A stretch of 64,000 bases of DNA, taken from Candidatus Thorarchaeota archaeon. Lineage in GTDB: Archaea; Asgardarchaeota; Thorarchaeia; Thorarchaeales; Thorarchaeaceae. Positions 35,970-43,782 of the stretch are shown here, piece after piece. Location: NCBI GenBank assembly GCA_011364905.1, contig RDNZ01000008.1:16923-80922 (forward strand), read 5' to 3'. Under the pieces are notes generated by a model. It had not been told where the DNA came from and ran no database searches. It saw only the letters and a program-made list of their open reading frames with translations. The stretch's first letter is position 1. Every line of letters begins with the position of its first letter. The position numbers were made by a program, and so were the translations under genes.

Positions 35970-36668
35970 CTATGAGAGAAATTGTCGGATGATTGCAACA
36001 ATCTGAGTGAGGACCCTCAGTGAATCTGTTACGTTCCCCTCTATCTCCAAACTATGACTTGCTCCATCTATTACTATTCCACTTGTTTGGGTGGATGCGT
36101 TTAGTCGATCTATGATATCGCGATCATACTGCTGGTCTTTGGTCCCTATCACCAAGACCGCATCTTTCATGTATGTGAGCATTTGCTCAAGAAGCTCAGG
36201 ATTCCTGATTAAAGGTGTCAGCCAGATGGTTTTGGTATCTCTGAGTTCTTCATGAGTTTCAAGGAGATGACCCAGAGCTAAAGTGCCAATTGACTTTCCA
36301 GTCAAGCAGACTATTTTCTGATTCTCATACTCACTCATGAATTTGAACGCAGCCTCCACGTCGTTTATGAGCCATTCTGATCGCTCCCTCATTGATTGCG
36401 CCATGTAATCCGAGTTGTTTGAATAGTCATAATCCAAAGAAAGTACATTGATGCCACTGGCAATCATTGTCTTGATTGAATAATACAAGAGGGGCATGTC
36501 TGAATTATATGCTAGTCCAGGGAATAGAATAGCAACATCTTGAGCATGGTCAGATTGTCTGAAGAATCTGTTTTTTAATGGTCTGTTCGCATGTCCGTGA
36601 ATATCCAATTGTTCAATGGATTTCATTGTTGAATCAACTCCTGAATACATTAGAGTCTCTGATGCCAA
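35970..36668 (-). CDS. Alpha/beta-fold hydrolase
   Basis: FPGLAY, nucleophile elbow GKSIG, GTKD, GASHSLE. Confidence 0.8.
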   Translation of the reverse strand: MASETLMYSGVDSTMKSIEQLDIHGHANRPLKNRFFRQSDHAQDVAILFPGLAYNSDMPLLYYSIKTMIASGINVLSLDYDYSNNSDYMAQSMRERSEWLINDVEAAFKFMSEYENQKIVCLTGKSIGTLALGHLLETHEELRDTKTIWLTPLIRNPELLEQMLTYMKDAVLVIGTKDQQYDRDIIDRLNASTQTSGIVIDGASHSLEIEGNVTDSLRVLTQIVAIIRQFLS

Positions 36669-36748
36669 GACTTATCAATGAAGCTACATGCAAGAAGCAA
36701 AACAAAATGGAGGTACTGATAACATGGTAACAATAATACGGTGGGATC

Positions 36749-36982
36749 ATGTTTGCCCGACGCTCATTCTTGTCTCTGCCTCCTTCTGCGAAGTTTCTCT
36801 ATGTGGTGCTTAAGAACCGGCGACGAATGTCCCGACAAGACCTGATTAGTAACACATACCTACCTCCCAGAACAGTGAACTATGGCCTCAGTAGACTAAA
36901 GGCCTTGGGTCTCGTTCGGGAAGAAGAACACGAGAGCGACGCGAGGGAGCGAGTCTATGCACTGGTCGAAGCACCTATGTAA
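36749..36982 (+). CDS. Small winged-HTH transcriptional regulator (archaeal MarR/TrmB-like)
   Basis: LPPSAKFLYVVL...LPPRTVNYGLSRL...DARERVY. Confidence 0.8.
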   Translation: MFARRSFLSLPPSAKFLYVVLKNRRRMSRQDLISNTYLPPRTVNYGLSRLKALGLVREEEHESDARERVYALVEAPM

Positions 36983-36998
36983 TGGGAACATTGATCTA

Positions 36999-37046
36999 GA
37001 AGGTGGTTCTGGAATGCAATCTGGAACCGCTTTCGACTCCCTTTTT
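36999..37046 (+). terminator. Hairpin plus T-tract downstream of the wHTH gene
   Basis: 15-bp stem GAAGGTGGTTCTGGA/TCTGGAACCGCTTTC (4 G-U pairs), 6-nt loop, then CTCCCTTTTT. Confidence 0.55.
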
Positions 37047-37114
37047 CTGAGAGTTCCAAAAGCCTCATAATGTATTCGACACCAGCAGATGCATCTCACA
37101 CTGAGGCATCAATA

Positions 37115-38473
37115 ATGGATTTCTACAAAGATACAGGCACGGAGCCAATTGGTACAGAGGTGCGAACCCATTTCAGTACTGAGATAAATGGTGAGTTGGC
37201 TGGGAAGAAAGTGGTCCTAATGGGATGGACTCACATATTGAGGGATAAAGGGCGAATAAAATTCCTCATTCTCAGAGACGAACGTGGAACTGTGCAAGTC
37301 ACAATTCCTCAGAAGAAGGTGCCTGCAGAGGTCTTTAAGATATCTGAAACACTAAAGCCAGAAACTGCTGTAGCGGTTACTGGAACAGTTGTTGCGACCA
37401 ACCAGGTTGAAAGTGGAGCTGAGATTATCCCAGAGAAGATTAGGATAATCAATACTGCTGAGCGGCTCCCTATTGATGTCGTAGAAGGCAAAACTGACAT
37501 CGATCTTGACACACGTCTTAACTATCGAATCCTAGACCTCAGAAAACCATCAACCCATGCAGTATTCAGGATTCAGTACAATCTTGTTCGATTTGCGAGA
37601 GCATATCTGGAAAGCAATGATTTCATTGAGATTCATACGCCGAAGCTCGTCGCTGAAGCGACAGAGGGCGGTGCAAATCTTTTCGAGGTCAAGTACTTCG
37701 ACAGGAAAGCATACCTTGCTCAGAGTCCACAGTTCTACAAACAGCTCATGCTCCTCGCTGGGTTTGGAAGGGTCTATGAGATTGCTCCAGTTTTTAGAGC
37801 GGAGAAACACAACACGCGACGTCATATCAACGAGTATACATCATTTGATTTTGAGATGGCTTGGATAAGTGGTGTTGAGGATGTCATGGCAATGGAGGAG
37901 AGGATGCTTCATCATTCATTCAAGATGACTAAGAAGCATGCTGCTGCAGAACTCGAAGTCCTTGGTGTCGACTTTGATGTACCAAAAGTTCCTTTCAAAC
38001 GCATAAAGTATGAGAAAGCTATTGAACTTGTCAATGAGGCCGGGAAAGATCTTTCGATTACTGATGACCTTGATCCTGAGTGCGAACGCATCTTGGGTGA
38101 GGTGTTTCCAGAGAAATACGGGACTGACATGGTCTTCATCACTCATTATCCGCTTGAGCTTCGCCCAGCTTATACAATGCCAAGTATGACTGATGAAGGC
38201 ATGACGGAAAGCTTTGACCTGACATACAAGGGGATGGAGATAACAACAGGGGGTCAGCGTATCCATCTGTATGACCTTCTCGTTGAACGTTTCAGGGCCA
38301 AATGCTTCAATCCCGATGACTTTTCATTCTATCTTGATCCCTTCAAATATGGCGCACCGCCTCACGGCGGTCTAGGACTTGGTGTTGAACGAATGACAAT
38401 GCAGCTCCTAGGAATTGAGAACATCCGAGAAGCAACTCTACTACCTCGTGACCGAGACCGTTTGACACCGTAG
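37115..38473 (+). CDS. aspS: Aspartyl-tRNA synthetase, archaeal type
   Basis: OB-fold start, RLNYRILDLR, LAQSPQFYKQ, FRAEKHNTRRH, GMEITTGGQR, PPHGGLGLGVER; start may be 37070. Confidence 0.95.
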   Translation: MDFYKDTGTEPIGTEVRTHFSTEINGELAGKKVVLMGWTHILRDKGRIKFLILRDERGTVQVTIPQKKVPAEVFKISETLKPETAVAVTGTVVATNQVESGAEIIPEKIRIINTAERLPIDVVEGKTDIDLDTRLNYRILDLRKPSTHAVFRIQYNLVRFARAYLESNDFIEIHTPKLVAEATEGGANLFEVKYFDRKAYLAQSPQFYKQLMLLAGFGRVYEIAPVFRAEKHNTRRHINEYTSFDFEMAWISGVEDVMAMEERMLHHSFKMTKKHAAAELEVLGVDFDVPKVPFKRIKYEKAIELVNEAGKDLSITDDLDPECERILGEVFPEKYGTDMVFITHYPLELRPAYTMPSMTDEGMTESFDLTYKGMEITTGGQRIHLYDLLVERFRAKCFNPDDFSFYLDPFKYGAPPHGGLGLGVERMTMQLLGIENIREATLLPRDRDRLTP

Positions 38474-38556
38474 ATAATACTCCCTCTTAAAGCACGAGTG
38501 GTTCTAAGACATCTGCCGACCAAGTGCGGATTAGAAGAACGAAGGGACACACTCCA

Positions 38557-39315
38557 ATGCATGAGCGACTTCAATCAGAACTCTATGCTTCAATTGCTAC
38601 ACTTGACCAGCTGAAAAAACTCTATGACTTTGGTGCAGTGGATATAAGGTCCTATCAGAGGGAGTCCGAAGCCCTTCTTCAGGATGTTCGCACTCAGATT
38701 GAGAATCTTCGACGTTTGGGTCTTGATATTGGGAGATTTGTCACAAGCGAACGGATAATCGAGATATTTCCTGAGGCTGCAAATCTACTCCGACTTGGTA
38801 CTCACGCTCCAAGACGGTCTCTTCAGGGCATGACATTGGACCAGTTCTACGATTACATTGGCCTTGCTATACTTGACGTGGCAACCGAGAACTCATCAAA
38901 GGGCCTCATGGGCTTAGCAGAGCTTATTGTAGAGGTCGTCCGGCGACTTCCTGAGATTGAATCAGTGACCTACAATGATGTCATTGAATCTGTTAATCGT
39001 GTTGCTGAAAACGGGCTGATTCCTGGTATTCGAACCCTGCGAGGAGGAGTCAAAGTCGTGGAGCTTCGACCGCTAGAACTTCGGCGAGACCAAGCTGATG
39101 TGATCAATCTTGCAGCTACAAAAGGATACGTTTCTGTCGAGGAGGTCATAATGCAGCTCAAATGGTCCGAAGATCATGCGCGTCAAGTTCTTTCAAGTTT
39201 GGTGGATGCAGGCATGGCTGTAGCTGATATCCGCTTCTCCACAGGTGGCCGGTACTATTTCCCTGGCTTAAGGTCTCGTGAAAGCACCGATTCACGAAAC
39301 ACAGGTGCTTACTGA
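38557..39315 (+). CDS. Vps22/EAP30-like ESCRT-II protein with an N-terminal Vps28-like (ESCRT-I core) domain
   Basis: C-part FYDYIGLAI...GLMGLAEL...PLELRRDQADVINLA...GYVSVEEV...LKWSEDHARQVL...YYFPGL matches the SNF8/Vps22 winged helices; N-part SELYASIATLDQLKKLY...SYQRESEALL resembles Vps28-N. Confidence 0.8.
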   Translation: MHERLQSELYASIATLDQLKKLYDFGAVDIRSYQRESEALLQDVRTQIENLRRLGLDIGRFVTSERIIEIFPEAANLLRLGTHAPRRSLQGMTLDQFYDYIGLAILDVATENSSKGLMGLAELIVEVVRRLPEIESVTYNDVIESVNRVAENGLIPGIRTLRGGVKVVELRPLELRRDQADVINLAATKGYVSVEEVIMQLKWSEDHARQVLSSLVDAGMAVADIRFSTGGRYYFPGLRSRESTDSRNTGAY

Positions 39316-39317
39316 CT

Positions 39318-40055
39318 CTATGATGATGAAATTATAATCGCTCCTTTCTTCTCATCAATCCACTCAGCTAGTCCTTTCTTGACCATAAGGGCAAGAACTA
39401 TGTGAATGTCCTTCTCTGGGAGGTTAGCAAAATCCTCCTCGACTTCTTGAATGACGATTGATTTCACATCTAGTCTAAGTTTTCCTGTCTTCAATGCCCA
39501 CTGGTACACTATGTCCGCCCAATCTTCAAGAGGTCGCCAATAGACTCTTAGCTGGCGCTGTTTCTTGTCGACCCACTCAGCAACTTCTTTGTTCACGAGG
39601 ACTTCTGCTATATCCCTGAATGAATCTACTTTGTTTCTCAGATCCTTGAATGGTGGTTCACTGATGAACGTAGCTAGAGACAGAATGTGCACCTTGTTAT
39701 TCTCTGTCCACTCCAAGAGATAATCTGCCCATTCCTCTGCCCAAAGATTTCGGTCCTCCTCTCTGGTTGGTATTCCATACATCCATTCAGTTTCCTCAAT
39801 ATCTCCCCAACTTGGCATCAGAGAATCGGGTTCAACGATCTTAGTTTCAAGTTCCGCATCATTCGCAGTTTCGATTTCTGTTTTGGGCTTGACTACTTCC
39901 GTAGTTTCCTCAACTTCGACAACAACTTCTGGAGAATGAGTTGTGTCCTCAGTGATGGTTCTATCAATATCTGGGGATTCAATTTGTTCTTGTTTTACGG
40001 GCTTGGCTGACTTCTTTTGTTTGGCCTTCTCCCGTTTTCTCTCCTTGACACCCAA
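39318..40055 (-). CDS. vps25: ESCRT-II subunit Vps25 with basic/acidic N-terminal extension
   Basis: EEWADYLLEW, AEWVD, VYWRPLEDWADIVYQWA (the Vps25 WRxPEEWxxxIYxW signature); TTG start 3 bp after the vps4 stop. Confidence 0.85.
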   Translation of the reverse strand: MGVKERKREKAKQKKSAKPVKQEQIESPDIDRTITEDTTHSPEVVVEVEETTEVVKPKTEIETANDAELETKIVEPDSLMPSWGDIEETEWMYGIPTREEDRNLWAEEWADYLLEWTENNKVHILSLATFISEPPFKDLRNKVDSFRDIAEVLVNKEVAEWVDKKQRQLRVYWRPLEDWADIVYQWALKTGKLRLDVKSIVIQEVEEDFANLPEKDIHIVLALMVKKGLAEWIDEKKGAIIISSS

Positions 40056-40058
40056 ACC

Positions 40059-41276
40059 TTAGGAACCCTCCGCCCAGTCAATATACTTCTTGACATCCTC
40101 AGGTGGAGTTGCAGGGCGAATGTTTTCAATGGCATGTAGGAAGTCGTCCCTCGATACGGGACGAATGTCGAGGATCTCCTGTTCATCTTCCATTCTGCCA
40201 GTCCGCTGCAAATCCCTAATTGGTTCCAGAGCTGCCTCTCGACAGACTACACTGATGTCTCTCCCGCTGTACCCTTCTGTGAGGTCCGCAAGCTCCTCAT
40301 ACTCGACAGTCGGGGCAACCTCGACATCTTCCATGTGAATCTCGAAAATCTTCGCACGCGCATCTCTGTTCGGAAGAGGAACATGTATCTTCTTCTCAAA
40401 CCTAGATCTCAGAGCAAAATCCAACTCCCAAGGCAGATTAGTTGCACCAATTAGAGTGATTCGTTCATCCTCATTACTTGCTAGTCCTTGGAGTTCAGTG
40501 AGCAGCTGTGTTTTCAGACGTCTCTCACCCCCAACATCATCTCCTGATCTTGAAACACCAATGGAATCCAACTCATCAATGAAGATGATGGCGGGCTGAT
40601 TTTTTCTTGCTAGTTCAAAGAGGCTCATCACCAATCTTTCAGATTCGCCCAACCACTTGCTTACTATATTTGCTGCTGATACGTTGAAGAATGTTGCATT
40701 AACCTCTGAAGCCACAGCTTTGGCGACGAGGGTTTTGCCACACCCTGCGGGACCATAGAAGAGAATGCCTCTCCAGGGTTGTCTGGCTTTTCCCTTGAAG
40801 AGCTCGGGATGCTTCATTGGTGCGATTATCGCATCATCAATAGCTTGTTTTGCATCTTCAAGACCTGCAACCTCTGACATTTTTATTCTAGGACGTTCCG
40901 TAATGATAGTGTCTGAAATCATCTCTCTGAGTCGTTTTTCCTCGTCGTCTAATTCAACTTCCGTCTTTGAGGCTTCATGGATTGAAACTGGCTCAGCTGT
41001 ATCAACATCGACTGTCGGAGGTGAAACAAGTCCATCTACAGGTCCGTGTGACTTCTTCTTGATACCTGAAAGATACCTCACTCTATCCACGCATTCCTGA
41101 GCTCTATCAAAATAGTGCTTCTTAACTGAAGGCAACGCTGATGAATTTGATAACTTAATGAGAATCTTGCTTGCTTTGAGATACTCTTGGCAAGCCTCTT
41201 TTTTCATGCCCCTTTGGTCTAATTCTATTGCTTTAGAGAGCATTGCCTTTAGTCCCTGATCTACGCGGTCTGCCAT
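40059..41276 (-). CDS. vps4: Vps4/CdvC AAA+ ATPase with N-terminal MIT domain
   Basis: MIT (KAIELD...YLKA...YFDRA), PWRGILFYGPAGCGKT, SKWLGESE, IIFIDELD, GATNLPWELD, GYSGRDI. Confidence 0.93.
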   Translation of the reverse strand: MADRVDQGLKAMLSKAIELDQRGMKKEACQEYLKASKILIKLSNSSALPSVKKHYFDRAQECVDRVRYLSGIKKKSHGPVDGLVSPPTVDVDTAEPVSIHEASKTEVELDDEEKRLREMISDTIITERPRIKMSEVAGLEDAKQAIDDAIIAPMKHPELFKGKARQPWRGILFYGPAGCGKTLVAKAVASEVNATFFNVSAANIVSKWLGESERLVMSLFELARKNQPAIIFIDELDSIGVSRSGDDVGGERRLKTQLLTELQGLASNEDERITLIGATNLPWELDFALRSRFEKKIHVPLPNRDARAKIFEIHMEDVEVAPTVEYEELADLTEGYSGRDISVVCREAALEPIRDLQRTGRMEDEQEILDIRPVSRDDFLHAIENIRPATPPEDVKKYIDWAEGS

Positions 41277-41418
41277 CTGAGTTCATGTGAACAGTATTCG
41301 TAAGGTGTTAAGAATTTCTGTCACATCCGAGTACATACATACACAATATCATCTGCGAACTGCGAAGGTTTAAACGGTATCTCCCCACTGGATGAGCTGA
41401 GTATCTCTCTTGGAATAG

Positions 41419-42036
41419 GTGATAGAATTGGGTTCAATTAGAAAGGCATTCTCCTGGGGCAGAAAAAAACCAGATATAGGTGAGGTCTCAAGCCGACTCA
41501 GGATCTTATCCAAGCAGCTAGCGCGCCAAAGGAACAAATTGGAAAAAGAGGAGAGGGACGCTAAATCGCGAGCAGTCCGAGCGCGAAAAGCTGGTCAATT
41601 GGAAGCCTATCGAACATATGCTACTGAGATGGTTCGATTTCGCCGATATGCCCTTTCGGTTGACAAGTCGCGCCTGCAAATTCTGAAGATTCTAGCTCAT
41701 CTAAATCGCGCTCAGACATCAGCGAAGACACAATTAGCATTGCAGGAGGTCGCAAAGATTCTTGGAATGTTGGGGGACGGTTCCGACGCCACTAAGGTAG
41801 TAGCGAATGTAGATGAGATTGCTCGTCGCCTCGAGGAGTTCGAGATTGAAGCGAGTATCTCCGATGAGGCTCTGGATTCAACAATGGAAGTGTCATCTGA
41901 AGACTTGACATTTGCATATCAGGAAATCGATGCTGAAGCTGGGCTTGCTGATACTCCGGCTGTAACAAGACCTGCTAGTGAATCCGAATCTCTTGAAGAA
42001 GATATCAAAGCGTTAGAACGCGAACTTGGAGTGTAG
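41419..42036 (+). CDS. ESCRT-III subunit, Vps2/24/46 (ESCRT-IIIA) type, Snf7 family
   Basis: Basic N-terminal helical hairpin (KLEKEE...ARKAGQ...YATEMVRFR), acidic C-half, MIM1-like end LEEDIKALERELGV; divergent from vps4. Confidence 0.88.
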   Translation: MIELGSIRKAFSWGRKKPDIGEVSSRLRILSKQLARQRNKLEKEERDAKSRAVRARKAGQLEAYRTYATEMVRFRRYALSVDKSRLQILKILAHLNRAQTSAKTQLALQEVAKILGMLGDGSDATKVVANVDEIARRLEEFEIEASISDEALDSTMEVSSEDLTFAYQEIDAEAGLADTPAVTRPASESESLEEDIKALERELGV

Positions 42037-42038
42037 AA

Positions 42039-43616
42039 TCACCACAGTGCATCACGAGATTCTTTGCCGATTCGTTCCATCTCTAGTCTAGTATGGTAGG
42101 AGTCCCTCATCAACTCTCGATATCTTCTAATGAAGTCCTCGGCCATAAGCTGACCACTTCGTAGCATGTGGACAGTATCTCGAATTGCTGCTTCAATGGA
42201 TGCTGCATCTCTTTGTAGCGAATGTAGCCTGGGATTAGTATCATAACTTGGGTGAATACTTGGTTTCTGACCATATTGGCCAACGACTCTGCCAAGCTCA
42301 TCTTTGAATGATTCCGGTTTTCTGTAGTAACTATCGTAGGGGTAATGGCGAACAGGAGAAGGATTCCACCCCTCTGCTCCAGGTATTGAACCTGGTCGCA
42401 TCATTGACATATCTTCCTTGTACTGAGACCTGTCATTGGTGGAGAGGAGTGAATAAACCATCCCTTCGATCTTTAATCGCACATCGCTTGTGCTGATATC
42501 GGTTTGCTCAATCTTTCTGACCCTTTGCATATCAGTTTGTATATACTTCTCAAACTTCCTAGCAATTTCAATATAGTCTGGCAAGACTTTCTTTGTCTGG
42601 TCAGCACATGTTAGTCTAATCTCCCCTTGTTTTAACTTTAAGACGAGGCGTTTTCGGAGTCGCCCATCCTCCTCAATAGATTTCAAATAGAGCAACGGGA
42701 AGTCAAAGATGGTTTCCATCTTCTTTCTGACTCTTCCAGTTTCTGCAATGAACAGCAGTCGTTTGTTTGTCATGAAAAGCATTCCAAGGGCCTTATCGTT
42801 TTTGAGAAAGTCGCTACCTGATATTTTGATATCAGGAAGGGCACACACAGGCAACTCTCCAACTGAAAGTTGACCGTGTTCATAGAACATGGTAAACTGC
42901 CCTTTGTAGTAATCGAGCCCATCAAGCTGCCTCTTGACGTCCTTGAGTGTTTCTCTTAGAGGTTCGAGGGACTCGTCAACATTCTGTTTATAGTAGATAC
43001 CCATCTCTGTTATTCTGTTCGTTATCCCCTCTATGAATGGGAATTGATTTGGATTCCATTGATTATAGTCGATGAAGTCCCTTGTTTCAGCTGCCATTCT
43101 CTTTGCTATGATCTCTGCTTGACTAGAGATTCTATTCTTAATCGCCGGCAGTTCATCCTGCATGCCTTCAATCTTCTCTTCTATCCATTTGTAGTGGAGA
43201 AAGTTAGCCATTCTTAGAGATACAAGCAGTCTCTTTGCACTCGCTAGTTTGTTTGTGAACTCTCTGAGTTTAGTATGTCCATACTGAATAGTCATTATGG
43301 CATGTCGCATATCTAGGGCAAGAGACCTTCTCCGGTCTTCCAGAAGTACGACTCTGGTAGAGTGGCACTTCGGACAGATATCCACTGTTTTTCGTCCCTT
43401 GCTGAGTTCCTCTGATTCACATTGCGGGCATGTTTCGAACTTCTCACCGGGCACTGGTGTTCCCAGTATGTGGTGGCACTCACTGCAAACAATGTACTCT
43501 GTGGATTTTGATTCAAGACATTCCGTACACAAGGCGGCCCCACAGTCTTCACACATATGTGTCGCTCTTCCAGATTGACACGATTTGCATTGGCCCGTTG
43601 GAGAGTCTTTTATCAA
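42039..43616 (-). CDS. Zn-finger / coiled-coil / PH(GRAM/GLUE)-like / steadiness-box protein, putative ESCRT-I Vps23/37-like subunit
   Basis: Six CxxC pairs; long helical region; GMLFMTNKRLLF...FDFPLLYLKSIE; C-terminal SIEAAIRDTVHMLRSGQLMAEDFIRRYRELMRDSY; TTG start with GGAGGT SD. Confidence 0.7.
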   Translation of the reverse strand: MIKDSPTGQCKSCQSGRATHMCEDCGAALCTECLESKSTEYIVCSECHHILGTPVPGEKFETCPQCESEELSKGRKTVDICPKCHSTRVVLLEDRRRSLALDMRHAIMTIQYGHTKLREFTNKLASAKRLLVSLRMANFLHYKWIEEKIEGMQDELPAIKNRISSQAEIIAKRMAAETRDFIDYNQWNPNQFPFIEGITNRITEMGIYYKQNVDESLEPLRETLKDVKRQLDGLDYYKGQFTMFYEHGQLSVGELPVCALPDIKISGSDFLKNDKALGMLFMTNKRLLFIAETGRVRKKMETIFDFPLLYLKSIEEDGRLRKRLVLKLKQGEIRLTCADQTKKVLPDYIEIARKFEKYIQTDMQRVRKIEQTDISTSDVRLKIEGMVYSLLSTNDRSQYKEDMSMMRPGSIPGAEGWNPSPVRHYPYDSYYRKPESFKDELGRVVGQYGQKPSIHPSYDTNPRLHSLQRDAASIEAAIRDTVHMLRSGQLMAEDFIRRYRELMRDSYHTRLEMERIGKESRDALW

Positions 43617-43782
43617 GTGAGTACCTCCGGTAGTCTACTTACATCGAGGAGTTATCCAAGAATAACTCGTGTATTATTCTGGAAACATCGGGGTATCTCT
43701 GTATAAATTGCTAAAAGATTGTACACGCCATATCAGTTATATCCGACTAGAATTGCCTGACCTTAATTCACAGGCGATATTC

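Noticed and set aside
43669-43782. N-terminal extension of TldD
   Set aside because: It overlaps the divergent promoter region; the family-typical start is MEDLAQAA at 43783
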